Part shown: piece by piece, positions 24,028 through 37,200 of the stretch | How the letters are laid out: each line of letters opens with the position of its first letter | Numbering within the stretch: the first letter of the stretch is position 1 | Assembly (NCBI RefSeq): GCF_001194135.2 | Contig: NC_068981.1 | Location: 125,518,422 to 125,582,421, forward strand | Source of the DNA: Octopus bimaculoides | Taxonomy: Eukaryota | Direction: 5' to 3' | Length of the DNA stretch: 64,000 nucleotides | The notes under the pieces: generated by a model | Seen by the model: only the letters and a program-made list of their open reading frames with translations | Database searches by the model: none | What the model was told of the DNA's origin: nothing | Translations under genes and position numbers: made by a program

Positions 24028-24271
24028 TTAAAGTAATCTGCCGGTATATTTTGTAAAACATAGGGAGGTGATATTAGTAAAAAGTCATTCAGTGAAAGAA
24101 GGTCCTGATGTACAGGTTTACTCCACTAAACTGTTAACACTTTGTATCACATGACTCAAAAATATAAGGACAGACAACACATTGGGCTGATCAACAAATG
24201 AGACAAAAATACACAATTTTATTTCTTTTGTTGTCATGATGTATCATTATTGTAAATTCATTTTGATATTA

Positions 24272-24660
24272 TCATATCTTATATCTTTTACTTGTTTCAG
24301 TCATTAGACTATGACCAGACTGGGGCACCACCTTAAAGGGATTAATTGAAGACATCAATCCCAGTACTTACATTTTTTTCTAAGCTTGGTACTTACTCTA
24401 TCACTCTCTTTTTGTGAACTGCTAAGCTATGGGGATGTAAAAAAACCAACATCAGTTGTCAAGTATGGTTGGACCAAACACAAACACATAGATACATACA
24501 TACACACACACACACACACTAATACAATGGGCTCCCTTCAGTTTCCATCAACCAAATCCACTTGCAAAGCATTGGTTATCACAGAGCTATATCAAAAGAC
24601 ACTTGCCCAAGGTGCCATGCAGTGGAACTAAACTCAAAACCATGTGGTAGGGAAGTACCA
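24272..24660 (-). mobile_element. SINE family 1
   Basis: Reverse-complement family-1 tail and head, with (CA)n. Confidence 0.8.
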
Positions 24661-24973
24661 CCTACACTAGTTATATATGTTTAAGAAAATTATTAGGAAA
24701 AGAAAGAACAGAAAACAAGCTTGGTCAAATGTTGAAAGAGATGCTTAGTGTTTTTATAAATTTAGTAAGATAAAAAATTTTCAGAAAGCTGGATCAATTG
24801 TTGTACATTAGATTGTGGACAGCAAGCTCATTAAACAAAGACCATACTTATTTCATAGTATGTTTCATTCAGTAATCTTCAACAAATATGATTTATCAAA
24901 ACCTGAGCTTTAAAAGAAAAACAGTAAATACTACTTATGAGTATGTATAAGTGTGTTTTCATATGTATGTATA

Positions 24974-25014
<41 letters not shown>

Positions 25015-25697
25015 ATGCGCGCACACACACTTCCTCCCTCATATACAAATATGAGTAAATTAGCTTTAGGTTTTATTATAATAAATACAGGATGTAGCTG
25101 AAATACATCTATCATTATTGATAAAAAATCTATTTTCATTGCAATTCAAATCTTCCATTGTTGGGGTTTGGACAACTCTGGTAATTAATTGCATCATGCA
25201 GAATAAACAAATAATTGATACTTCCTAATCTCAACACCATCTATTACTTATAAGAAAATATTTATGACCGGAGTGCATATTTGTGTTCACTAGCTTAATT
25301 TCTAGCCTTTTCAAAATAATATATAAACTTCTACTTTGGGTTATTCAATGAAAGTTTACAGGATTTTATCATTTCCCCGAGATAAAAATATAGAAATCAA
25401 GACAGAACCATTGTGTTTTCTTAACGAAGACAGTTCATAAGAGGTTTCAGCCAGGTACATGTCTAACATACAAATGCTTGGCCTCAGTTGTCGTAGCTGA
25501 CAGCTGAACAGTTAGTTGTAGGAAGTGTGTGTGTGTATATTTGGTTGGATAAACAACAATATGTTCCAACTGTATAAAAATATCTAAACTTACAGAAGCC
25601 ATCTGAATCATAGTAGCATAGAAATAGAAAAATAATTCACTAACAGGAGAAAAATAACTTAACCAACTACATGCCTACACTCATAGAAATATATATG

Positions 25698-25732
<35 letters not shown>

Positions 25733-25816
25733 TCACATGTGTGTGTGTGTGTGTGTGTGTGTGTACATGTGTGTGTGTGTGCGAAGATGATATATACATA
25801 TACATAATGGACTCAC

Positions 25817-26003
25817 CCATTGAAGATGACATATGAGTATTCAGCAAGAAGACAGAAACAAAAAATCCAACCAAATAGACAATCAACAACACACTCAAAT
25901 TACTATTACTACCATTCACCGATGCTGGTAGTTCATTCACTTCACTTGGTGACTCCTCATGTAAGTCCTCAAGTCCCCAAAAGCAATATGGATATGAGCA
26001 TGA
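25817..26003 (-). CDS. Candidate exon encoding a single hydrophobic segment, or UTR plus MSSSM start
   Basis: Strong G|GTGAGT donor at 25816. Open frame SCSYPYCFWGLEDLHEESPSEVNELPASVNGSNSNLSVLLIVYLVGFFVSVFLLNTHMSSSM; acceptor only moderate. Confidence 0.25.
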
Positions 26004-26574
26004 CTTTTGAAACCAGCATGTGAGAAATCACAATGTGGACAATGGTGATTTGCATGTGTGCAAAGGCACATGGCCTAGTGGTTTGGATGTTGCCCACACA
26101 ATGATAAGGACCTGGCAGTGCATTGTATCCTTGAGCATGAGAATTCATTTCTCATTGTCTATTCTAGTTTACTCAGTTATGAATGACTACCAGCCTATTG
26201 CTAGTGCAGCATTTTCTTCCTTCAGCTGTCAACTCCTGGATATTCTGCTGGGTCAAGGATGGGAGTGCCAAGAGAATAATATCACAGTCTGTTTGCAACT
26301 ACATAGGCATCTAAAATTATTAGTGAAAGTATGGACAAGCCGTCGGGCCATATTCACGTGTGTGTGTGTATGTGTGTGTGTGTGTGTATACATACACAGG
26401 CAAATCGAAAATAAAAACAAAAACAAAGTCAAAAGGATGTACAAAGTGAATGCATTAGGTTGACACTCAGTTTAAAATGGAAAAAAAAAGTGAGTGTGAC
26501 ATTTCAAGCATGGTTCTTTGTCTATAAGAAGAAAGGTCTGGAGAGAAGGAAAAGAATAGTCCAAGAAAAGCACA

Positions 26575-26737
26575 TTGTTACATGGCTGTGTGGTAAGAAG
26601 ATTGCTTCCCAACCACATGGTTTCAGGTTCAGTCCCACTGCATGGCACCATGGGTAAGTTTCTTCTAGTATAGCCTCAGGCTGACCAAAGCTTTGTGAGT
26701 AGATCTGGTAGACAGAAACTGAAAGAAGACTGTCAAA

Positions 26738-26773
<36 letters not shown>

Positions 26774-27423
26774 NNNNNNNNNNNNNNNNNNNNNNNNNNN
26801 NNNNNNNNNNNNNNNNNNNNNNNNNNNNNNNNNNNNNNNNNNNNNNNNNNNNNNNNNNNNNNNNNNNNNNNNNNNNNNNNNNNNNNNNNNNNNNNNNNNN
26901 NNNNNNNNNNNNNNNNNNNNNNNNNNNNNNNNNNACCATTTGTAATCTTCGAAACATATGTCGGAAATAAAAGAATTCATTTAACATATGCGTATTACTC
27001 CATTTATTAAATTTTATATTTACTCAAATACCCCAAACTAACGGAGTTTCTACCTCATAAACAGGAGTTACACCACAGTCATTTTGTGATCTTTGCTACC
27101 CTGGTATCTATTAAGCAATTTATTTTGTCGGAGTTAATTGTTAACTAAGAGAAAATAAATACATATAATCAAATATATATACATGTATATATATTTATGT
27201 GTGTGTGTCTTTGTGTCTGTGTTTGTCCCTCCACCATCGCTTGACAACCAATGTTGGTATGTTTATGTCCCCGTAACTAGCAGTACAGCAAAAGAGAGTG
27301 ATAGAATAAGTAGGTTTACAAAGAATAAGTCCTGAGGTTGATTTCTTCAGCTAAAACCCTTTAAGGTAGTAGTGCTCTAGCATGGCCACAGTGAAATGAC
27401 TGAAATGTGTAGAAGAATAAAAG
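26575..27423 (+). mobile_element. SINE family 1 split by gap and an inserted Penelope-like terminus
   Basis: Head at 26575-26740 and tail at 27195-27423, with unrelated sequence 26935-27170 between them. Confidence 0.75.
26935..26965 (+). ncRNA. 3' half of a minimal hammerhead ribozyme motif (5' half in N-gap)
   Basis: ...cttc-GAAA-CATATG-TC-gg: palindromic stem/loop III (ACATATGT) and a GUC triplet, followed by AATAAA. Confidence 0.45.
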
Positions 27424-28169
27424 AATACACCTTTTAGGTTTACAAAACAGTAAAAAAGAGAATATACAATGGGAGTCACTTATTATGGCCACAGATAATG
27501 TTACCTCTGGTTAGAATATTGTTATCAGAATTCATGAGTTCCAAACATGCTTAGGATATTGCTTGGATATCATTCTGTCTTCTGGTTAATGTTATCAGCT
27601 TGTTATTATGTATATGGCTCTGTGACAAAAGTATCAATACATTTGCTACTTTTTATTGATGTTTTCACTATTTCTTTCATAAATTATTGCAGTCTTTAAC
27701 TAGCATCCTTTAAAATGGTCACAAATAAAAATGCTAAGTACAATGTAAAACATAGTATCCTTAGAGGATCTTGGGTTACCTGAAACTCTAAAGAGAAACT
27801 GAAACAATTTTCTTTATATTGATTCATAAAAATTGATTTCTATATCCCAAAAAAAAAAAAAATTTTTTAATGTTTTACATAAATGAACAATAATAAGATA
27901 TTAGTCAAGGATTAGTAACCTGGGCAGTAACAGTTTGTACCAAGCAGTTGCCCATCATCATCCTCATCATTATCATCATTTGAATCTTTAAATTCGTTTA
28001 TTTGTCAGCTTCTGTACAATCATAAATATTCTCAATTATGTGAACGAAACAAAGATTAAAAAAAAAAATTCTCATTCAAGAAGCTTTGATGTATTTGAGA
28101 CATTTACACTATTAATATGCATTAACTACAAAATGAAACAGAAAATTTACAATTTCCTACATACCTAAC

Positions 28170-28212
28170 CTTTAAGAATGAGAGACAAACCAAGAATTCT
28201 CTCAACTGGTGA
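28170..28212 (-). CDS. Candidate exon (SPVERILGLSLILKG), gene unknown
   Basis: Phase-compatible with 28303-28359 across a 90-nt intron; ctcttaAG acceptor and G|GTTAGG donor. Confidence 0.25.
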
Positions 28213-28302
28213 CTTAAGAGTGCCAACAAAAGGGGTAAGAAGTATGTGTGCATTGATGCAGTCATTTGATAGTGAGATCGAAAAAAAAAAGCTTTTCCTT
28301 AC

Positions 28303-28359
28303 TGCATCAGAGTTGCAGTAAAATGTATCTGCCTCAAAACTTAAGCAACATTCCAACAT
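28303..28359 (-). CDS. Candidate 57-nt exon (MLECCLSFEADTFYCNSDA), gene unknown
   Basis: tattttctacAG acceptor and GTAAGG donor; only frame 0 is open. Confidence 0.3.
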
Positions 28360-28668
28360 CTGTAGAAAATATTCTATAAAGATCATATAGTATTTCCAGT
28401 AACAGTATATCGCTTAAAAATCTTAAAGAAAATAACAGGGGAGAAAAAGAAATCATTAAAAATCAATAGTGCAACTAATGTAAAGATTTCGTTTGAGAAG
28501 TTTTCAAACTTTCATTGTGTCTTTTATGCAACAGACACAGAGGGTATAACAAGAAATACGTATTATGTGTGTGTGAGTGTGTGTATGTATATACATATAT
28601 ATATATATATATATATACGCATATAAATATATACTATATATATGAATGTAAGTATGTGTACATGTATG

Positions 28669-28699
<31 letters not shown>

Positions 28700-29047
28700 T
28701 ATTTACGTGTGTGTGTGTGTAAATATATGAAATAAATATATGAAATAAGAAGTAAAATAGCCAGAGTATTGAAAAGGTAATACTGAACAAACAGCAGATG
28801 TAAAATCATCTTATTCCTTTCTTAAACTGAGCATACAACTTTAGATTTTGTTTGCATTTTTTTTTTCTTTTAGGAGAAATAAATTCATTTATTGAATTAG
28901 TGACATCCATGCCTTTTTCAGTAGCATGAATGATATATGTAGGAAGTGAAACCAAACTGAGTTCTTTGCAAATTGATACTAACATAGCTCATCCACATCA
29001 AAAGTTAGGAAAAATTTAAACTACAATAACAAAGTATTTATGTTAAT

Positions 29048-29200
29048 AGGTGCAAGCATATCTGTGTGGTAAGAAGCTTGCTTCCCAAACACATGGTTCT
29101 AGGTTCAGTCCCACTCTGTGACACCTTGGGCAAGTGTCTTCTAGCCTTGGGCCGACCGAAGTCTTATGAGCAGATGTGGTAAATGGAAACAGAAAATAAG

Positions 29201-29254
<54 letters not shown>

Positions 29255-29447
29255 GTCTCTGTGTGTGTGTGCATGTGTCTCTGCCACCACTGCTCGACTG
29301 ACAACCAGTGTTTATGTTCCTGTAACTTAGTGGTTCGGCAAAAGAGTCTTATGGAATAAGCACCAGGTTTAAAAAAGAAAAATGGAGTTGACTATTTCAA
29401 CTAAAAAAAATTCAAGGTAGTGCCCCAGCAAGGCCAACATGTAAAAG
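29048..29447 (+). mobile_element. SINE family 1
   Basis: Head, (GT)n and tail as in other copies. Confidence 0.85.
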
Positions 29448-30442
29448 ATTAGTTGTAAATATGAGACTAGCAGGATTTTTTCCTAAAAGGCACCTTAAAT
29501 ATCATTCATTTGAGATGTATGTATGTGTTTACATATGTACATATTGATTCCAAAATCAACTGTATTGTTCAATAATGTGTTAAATGCCTTACCTTTATAT
29601 CTGTAGAAGCTAATACAATTGTTTGGAAAACTCACAATAGCTTTCAATGAAACCGTTTGAAAATTTTGAAAACTTAGCGTTCCTTAGAAAATACTATAAA
29701 ATATTTATCTTCAATGTATGCAAAAGGCAGATAGATTTTAAATCATGTAACCACATTCAAAATCTTACATATAATAGATCCAAGCAAGATAAAACTTTTA
29801 TCTTTAATTCTAATAAAACAAAAAAGCAAATACAAACAAAAAATTAGTACATAAATAAATAATAAGAACATATGTAGATATTTCTAAATGAAAATATCTT
29901 TTAGTAATGATAATGGTTTGAACTGTTACCTTTATTTGAACTTTAATCATAATACTTTAAGACTTTAGCACAACAAAATATCAATGATCAATAACTGTTA
30001 ATAACATAAATAATATATTCGTAAAAAGATACAAAAGCTTAAGGATATTTGGTAAAAGCTAAATATCACTCATGTATTGTATCAATTACAGCAAAAAAAG
30101 TCTAGATCAATAAAACTGTTAGAAAATGATATGGCAGTTTGAAAAATTTAGCATATAAGCAAGATGTATGCTTTTCCTCTCTGTCTATCATTTAGCAGAT
30201 AGTTTCACAGTTGGATATAATTTTTCCTTGTGTTCATGGCATTTAAAAACTGAAAAGTATTTCTCCAATTTAGATAACATGATAGCCTGTATAAAGTTTT
30301 GTCAATATGACGATTAACATTTAGCCACAGCAAGCTAACAAGTGTAAAGGAACTCCTTCAGTCTTCTAATATTAACAACTTGTGTATATTTCTTAACAAA
30401 AACGGCTAATTGGGAATTAAGCTGATTTAACATGAACAAAGG

Positions 30443-30800
30443 TGTGACTGTGTTGTAAGAAGCTTGCTTCCCAACTACATGGTTCCAGGCTCAGTCTCAC
30501 TGCATGATACCTTGGGCAAGTGTCTTCCACTATAGCCTCATGCTGACCAAAGCCTTGTGAGAGGATTTGGTAGACAGAAACTGAAAGAAGCTTGTCATTT
30601 ATATATATCTTTGTCCCCCATCACCACTTGACAACTAGAGTTAGTGTGTTTATGTTCCCATAACTCAGCAGTTCAGCAAAAGAGTCTGATAAAATAAGTA
30701 GTAGGCTTTAAAAAAAAATCCTGGGGTCAATTTGTTTGACTAAAACCCATCAAGATGATGCCCCAGCATGGCCACAGTGAAATAGAAGATAAAAGAAGAA
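30443..30800 (+). mobile_element. SINE family 1
   Basis: Head, body and tail as in other copies. Confidence 0.85.
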
Positions 30801-31899
30801 AGGAGAGGAAAGGATAGGTACTGGCTACCTATTGATTAGGAATGCGAGCATAAGTGCCTCTTACATTCCAGGGTTGGGGGCTTTCAAGGGTCAATGTTTA
30901 TATGACTCAAGGTTCATTGTATTAAGTGACTGGGTGATGTTACTTGTAACAGGAGACCAATCTACAGTAGCTAATATTTCCAGATGATATGGCACTTGAT
31001 ACAATGAAGAATAAAGTAAACTGTCCAGAAACAATGAAATCCCTGAAGTAGATTTGAACTCACAAGTATCCTAGACTGCACCAAGTCTTGGTTGATTGGC
31101 TAAGAAACATTCAGTAGCCCATTTCAACCATCAGCTCACAAAAGAGTGGTTTACTTTATCAGCTTCTGCTTCAACTGCTGCAGTGGCTTCTGCACATTCA
31201 GCTATTTCAGTTCCACTTGTTTGGTATTGCTGATTCAACAACGACTTAATGTTTCTTTCATTTTCTCCCCACCCACTCTTTATGTTTGCGAGCATCTACA
31301 TATATTTGTATGTATATGTAGTATGTCTTTCCCTCCCTCCCTCCCTCCCTCCTTCCTTCCCTCTCTCTCTGAGTGTGTATATTTGCTTGTGTGTATGTGT
31401 GTTTAATTCCAGTGCTGAAACATACGACCACCAAAATGGGTTGAAGGTCCAGTTAGCTATACCAGATCTTCAGCACCCAATCATCTTATTCCACTTCCAA
31501 ATCAATTAACCAAATATCTTTCCCACTCAAGCTCACTAGTCACACTCATCTCTCCTTATGTCATTCCTCCTATGTTTTACCTCCTAGATCCCACACTAAA
31601 CCTACATACCCAATTGTTACTCTACAGAACTGCTACCAACTGAAATTCTCTCGTTATTACTATTTTTCTTCCTCAGCTTGTACATGTCCAAACTGAATAT
31701 CAACCATATCAAGCTCACCAGTCTGAAATGGCTTACAAAGATCCTTATCACTACCCCCAACTTGCTTGTCTAACTTACAGAATAAAATTAAAATAAGTAC
31801 CCACAACTGATAACCGGCTAGGTTAACCACTCACAAACTTAACCAAAACTGATATTCTGCTGAGACAATGGACCTTCAATTGATTTCAGGATTCAGCAT

Positions 31900-32120
31900 T
31901 CCATTGTTCAAACGCACCCTTAACGCAATTCCCAAGCTAAATCAGTGTGGTGCACTACGGAACAAGGCTGGACCCTTTGAATTATAGATGCAATCCATCA
32001 GATAAGTTTCTACCATTCTTGCCAATTCAATTTCACTGACAAGACACTTTCCAAAAGGTCATACAGTGGATTAGAATCTCAGACTTCATGATGGTGAAGC
32101 AAACTTCACTAACATATTAA
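31900..32120 (-). mobile_element. SINE family 3, degraded
   Basis: 'cccttaacgcaattcccaagctaaatcagtgtgg...acaaggctggaccctttgaattatag' matches the family-3 body. Confidence 0.5.
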
Positions 32121-32188
32121 ATGCAATAATTAATTCAGTTAATTGGATGATAATATTATATCATCTATGATGTTTACAACAAATTTAA

Positions 32189-32401
32189 CCCTTTACCTTT
32201 CCCACAAGACTATTTCCCTGAAGATCATACATCATATATGATACACAATCACAATATTTTTCCAACCTCCAGAGTAATTGGAACTTATGAAATGAAAGCT
32301 TTATGTTACTCAGAACATATGAAACAAGGACTAACTAAAAGTCTGAAAACAAACATGGGTATTAAAGACAAACTTTTGAAAATGCTTTGGATAGGTAAAG
32401 G
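32189..32401. mobile_element. piggyBac-like MITE (TTAA family B)
   Basis: TTAA at 32185-32188 and 32402-32405; ends ccctttacctttccc / ggataggtaaagg. Confidence 0.7.
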
Positions 32402-32419
32402 TTAAATATCCAAAGTTTG

Positions 32420-32610
32420 AGATGCTGGCAAGAATAGCTAAAAAAAACCAATACCTCAATGACAGAATGTGAAAGCAGGTCTTTGTTCAATTAACCTGCT
32501 AGAAATAGCAATGAAATCTACAACCAAATCCTGCCATCTTTAAAAAAATATGATGGTTGCAACTGGAACATCTTCAGTTAGTGCTGGCTTGGGACTAAAC
32601 AACATCCAGA
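32420..32610 (+). mobile_element. SINE family 4 ('ctgctagaaatagcagccaaat' family)
   Basis: The same core and tail ...ggggctaaacaac recur at 34600-34782, 41300-41500, 42250-42440 (+) and 46900-47090, 53460-53545 (-). Confidence 0.6.
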
Positions 32611-33154
32611 AACTCACTGTTGTGTACAAAGTGGTATCTTATGAATCTGGAATCCTCAAAATTCAAATTTATAAATATTTGAAATGTGTGTGTCTTTGTT
32701 GTATTTTTTATTTCTGATTTTGTTGTCTTTTTGTCTGACTTTATTAAATGAGATCAATATATTAAATATTTGCAACAAACTTTTAGAAATTTTCAATTTA
32801 AATGAAATTATTTTCAAATATTTATCAAACAAGAAGCACAAATTTTTATATGTGCCAAAGTTAAATATCAGATTTAATATTAATGTCTAACACTGGCACA
32901 ATGATTCCACATCTCTGAAGGAAGGATGGGTTTATTTGATTAAAACAATTCCAGTACATTGCTGGAACTTATTTTACTGGCCCCAGAAGAACAAAAGATT
33001 AATGTTGGTGGGATTTGAACTCAGGACATATAAGCAACTTAATGGCCTCACTTGTCTAAAACTTATAGCCTTTTAAGGCCATTTTTATACTAGAGTAGCA
33101 TTAGGCTTGTAGGCCTCATGACAATCTTTTCCATTTTATCCTATACTCAATATC

Positions 33155-33365
33155 AGTTTCAAATTTCAGCACAAGGCCAGCAATTTAGGGAGAGGGGATA
33201 AGTCGATTATATCGACCCAGTGCTCAAATGGTATTTATTTTATCCACCCTGAAAGGATGAAAGATAAAATCAACCATGGTGGAATTTGAACTCAGAACAT
33301 AAAGACGGACAAAATGCTGATAAGCATTTTGACCGGCATGTTAATGATTCTACCAGCTCACCACT
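33155..33365 (-). mobile_element. SINE family 2 (full), with a partial copy at ~32895-33030
   Basis: 'tttcaaatttcagcacaaggccagcaatttagggagagggg...ctgaaaggatgaaagataaaatcaacc...tttgaactcagaac'. Confidence 0.8.
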
Positions 33366-33540
33366 TTACCCTATTCTCAATATCACTCCTGCTCATCAGT
33401 CTCTTTGCCTTCATCTTAACCTTTAGCCATATCTTTCTCAGTCTTTCTCTATGTCCTACCACATCATTTCCATTATTTCTTCTCACCCAGTCATTTTGAT
33501 CTTGCCTCAGCACATAAACCAGCCAGGCCTTCCCATTCCA
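33365..33540 (-). mobile_element. RTE LINE 3' fragment
   Basis: Minus translation WLVYVLRQDQNDWVRR...GHRERLRKIWLKVK...DIENRVKW resembles the RTE W.GHV.R...GRPRK.W...DR..W C-terminus. Confidence 0.55.
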
Positions 33541-34452
33541 CGTCTCTTCATAACATCCATCACTGGCTCTATTCTCATCATTCTCTCTCTCTCTCTCAGC
33601 AATACTCCACTCATCCAATGAGACCATTCTAATTTCCATCCCCCCCCCACCGTCTTCTCTGCTACTCATTACATATTATCTATGTTTCCCTGTCATAAAT
33701 CATCACACTTCTCACACATGCAGCACTAAGAATATTCTGAGATGTAACTAAATACTACATGAAATTTAATCAAGCATTCTAATATTTCTGCTATCCACCA
33801 CTATTAAAAGACATTATTCAAAATGTCACATGGTGAAATTGAACCCCACACTTCATGACTGCAAAGCAAGCTTCTCAATTATTTGGTTATCCTGAATCTA
33901 TTTTAGTGATCTTGGGGTGATGCAAGACAAGTCAGTTCCAATGCAATTTGAATTTTGAACTATAGAATACTCAAAAAATATATAAAAGCTTTGAATCTCT
34001 CTTTCATATCATAACTAACCTTCAGTATTAAGTGGGGGTGGGAAGTGGATCTCACTTCCTTCAATTATCCAAAGTAACACTTAGGCTTTTGCTAAATCCT
34101 TTATTCCATGAACAACGCTCCTTTGGAACTAACCTTCCTGTGCATGTCTTTCCTATGGATAATCAAACAAACTAAACTACAAACACATCGCCTCACTTGT
34201 TTGAAAAGGTTATGAGTTCTTTTCCTCAAATTAAATCGTAAATAATAAAAGGTCACATGTGCAGAATCTGCTGCAGACTTTTTGTTTTTTTTTATTCTAC
34301 ATTGCTTCACCTAGCTGTTGTGACTGTGTACTAAATCAATTTTGGAGTGTTACCTGCTTACAGATGTGTCATAAATGTGTTTCCTATCAAGAAGGAATAT
34401 TTTTCATCCACTTAATGTCAAACCAAAGTTGAAAACAGCAAGCTTAAACATG

Positions 34453-34535
34453 ATGAAACCAGAGCTAAGCAGACCGTAACACCATGGAACCAGAGCTAAG
34501 GGGCAGTCCTTAACTGCCATGGAACCAGAGCTAAG
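34453..34535. repeat. Three 17-bp direct repeats with unique spacers
   Basis: ATG(A/G)AACCAGAGCTAAG at 34453, 34484 and 34519; spacers of 14 and 18 nt. Confidence 0.9.
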
Positions 34536-34599
34536 CCCCCCCAAAACTATAGCTAGGGTTCAAATCTTAATACTATAATACTATGAGCCAATAAGGGAA

Positions 34600-34782
34600 T
34601 CTCCACATAGTAACTCAACCTGCAAGAAATAGCAGCCAAATCTCCTTAAAATCACACCATACTACGTTAAAGAAAATGGATGCATTAGATAAAATGATCC
34701 TAGGATGTCTGTATATACAAAAAAGATATGATGGACAGTTCAAAGATCTGCTGAAAGTTGATCTGGGGTTAAACAGCAACCA
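34600..34782 (+). mobile_element. SINE family 4
   Basis: 'cctgcaagaaatagcagccaaatctcc...gatctggggttaaacagcaac'. Confidence 0.65.
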
Positions 34783-35039
34783 CAGAGTTATAGTTAAGTA
34801 CCAACATCAACCCATTTACCATAATACTCACTAATGATTCAAGACAGAACACACAATAGATTCTTGTTGCTTCCTGTGGTTCCATTGAAGCTCATAAAAT
34901 ATACTTAATTAGAGAAGAAATACTCTCCATGGTGTCTATTGACTGTGAGAATTAAATATGTTTATGATACCTTTAAGACAGAGAGATATAGTAATGATAA
35001 AATATGATTAATCAATGATCTTTTCTTCTGTAGTCCATC

Positions 35040-35848
35040 TTTTACTCTTTTACTGGTTTCAGTCATTTGACTGCGGCCATGCTGGAGCACTGCCTTCAGT
35101 CGAGTAAATCGACCCCAGGACTTATTCTTTGTAAGCCTAGTACTTATTCTATCGGTCTCTTTTGCCGAACCGCTAAGTTACGGGCACGTAAACACACCAC
35201 CATCAGTTGTCAAGCGATGTTGGGGGGGACAAACACAGACACACAAACATATACACACACACACATACACATATATATATATATATATATATATAATTAT
35301 TATTAAAAAATATGGCAAAAAATCATATATTAATTAATATCGATTAATTACCAGGAAGCTAGCACNNNNNNNNNNNNNNNNNNNNNNNNNNNNNNNNNNN
35401 NNNNNNNNNNNNNNNNNNNNNNNNNNNNNNNNNNNNNNNNNNNNNNNNNNNNNNNNNNNNNNNNNNNNNNNNNNNNNNNNNNNNNNNNNNNNNNNNNNNN
35501 NNNNNNNNNNNNNNNNNNNNNNNNNNNNNNNNNNNNNNNNNNNNNNNNNNNNNNNNNNNNNNNNNNNNNNNNNNNNNNNNNNNNNNNNNNNNNNNNNNNN
35601 NCCACGTTAGTGGTCAACGTCATATATATAAATATATATATATATATATCATCATCATCATCATCATATATATATATACACATATACAACAGGCTTCTTT
35701 CAGTTTCCGTCTACCAAATCCACTCACAAGGCTTTGGTCGGCCCGAGGCTATAGTAGAAGACACTTGCCCAAGATGCCACGAAGTGGGAATGAACCTAGA
35801 ACCATGTGGTTGGTAAGCAAGCTACTTACCACACAGCCACTCCTGTGC
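35040..35848 (-). mobile_element. SINE family 1, young, spanning a gap
   Basis: Tail 35040-35270 and head 35680-35848 retain CpGs; near-identical to 54545-54913. Confidence 0.85.
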
Positions 35849-36734
35849 CTTATCAGTTTTTTTCATTTGCAACTCTGTGAATATAAGAATTTTTGCTATT
35901 AACGGGCAAATCATAAAAGATTGGGTCTTTTGATTCACTTCTGCCATATTCAAGGTATAAATTGAGAATCATTTATCAAAAATGCTTGGCAATTTTTTTA
36001 GGTGGGGGAGGTGGATTTTGCATCTACAAAATGTTATATATAATGTTTTCCTAAATTTTATAAACCTTTGTTCATCATTTTAACACTTTTGTTCCTACAT
36101 TTCTTTTGAAATACACTGCTTTTGCTTCAATTAATCTTTAAAAAATAAACTTTGTCATTATCAAGCTGGTGTTTGAAACATAAATTACCTCAACATGAAA
36201 TGTTGATGGAAGATTTTAAATTAGATCACCTTAAAATAGAGCTTATATGATAGAACCAGGAACAGTTTCAGGCAGGTTAATCATAGAACCAGTTCATCGT
36301 CCCATGTTTTAAGATTCTATCTACTCACAGTTCCAACACTCCCAGTTTCATACTAAACCATTGTGAACTTTCCCAACAACTCGACTTTTTGTGGTATCAA
36401 TAAACACAAATGCTTCTACATTTTTTTCTCACTTTTACCTTAGTAATATCTACAGGACTTTCTGATATGCACAATGGTGTTGCTATAAAAGCTTCATACA
36501 TTACTTCATTTAATATGCATTACTCAATGTTAGTGCAGGTTGAATGAAGAATTATTTTAGACAATATACCCACCTTGTTTCCAAATCTCATCCACTTTTC
36601 AAGTAAGGGATGTTTTATTCCTCTGGTCATTGAAAGTGCAGAGTGACTGGCCATAATGTAACAAGAATATAAACATCATATCATCTTTCTACTCAGATAG
36701 TGACAAAGCCATAGAACGTCAACATGAGTGCACA

Positions 36735-36890
36735 TATGCACACACACACACACACGTACAATGGGCTTCAGTACAGTTTCTGTCCACTAATTCCACTCAC
36801 AAAGCATTGGTTACCCTAGAGAAATAGTAGAAGACATGTATCCAAGATGTTGCACAGTGAGATTGAACAAGAAACCACACAGTTGAAATT
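36735..36890 (-). mobile_element. SINE family 1, 5' part
   Basis: 'ccactaattccactcacaaagcattgg...gaaaccacacagttg'. Confidence 0.6.
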
Positions 36891-36929
36891 GAAAAATGAA
36901 CTTCTTAACCACATATCCAATATATTACT

Positions 36930-37200
36930 TCATTACTAGGTGCACAAGGATGGCATAGCCGGTGCCGGTGTTTTACAGTGAGAATGGTGCCACTGCGACA
37001 AGTAGGCAAGGGCTCAGCAGTGCACGAGGCCGACAGGGGGTCGAATCGAAGGGCGACTGACTGGAAGAAGCCGACAGGCCCCCTACACCTGTCATCGGAC
37101 TCTCTCTCGGCAATAAACTGGTGGCAACTTAATAGGTTAGGCAAGCACAACCCAGGACAGGTACATCACTCCTAACAGCTTATGGCTAGATAAATGGTCT
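36930..37200 (+). mobile_element. GC/CpG-rich retroelement-like fragment (possible RNase H)
   Basis: Abrupt GC-rich block. ORF 36978-37175 contains LHLSSDSLSAINW, resembling the RNase H third-acidic-residue motif (x.TDS.SA). Confidence 0.3.

Noticed and set aside
24850-24900. Minus-strand exon with strong splice signals
   Set aside because: Stop codons in all three frames.
34453-34535. CRISPR array call for the 17-bp repeats
   Set aside because: Repeats and spacers are too short, there are only three units, no cas genes, and the context is eukaryotic; kept only as an unexplained mini-array.
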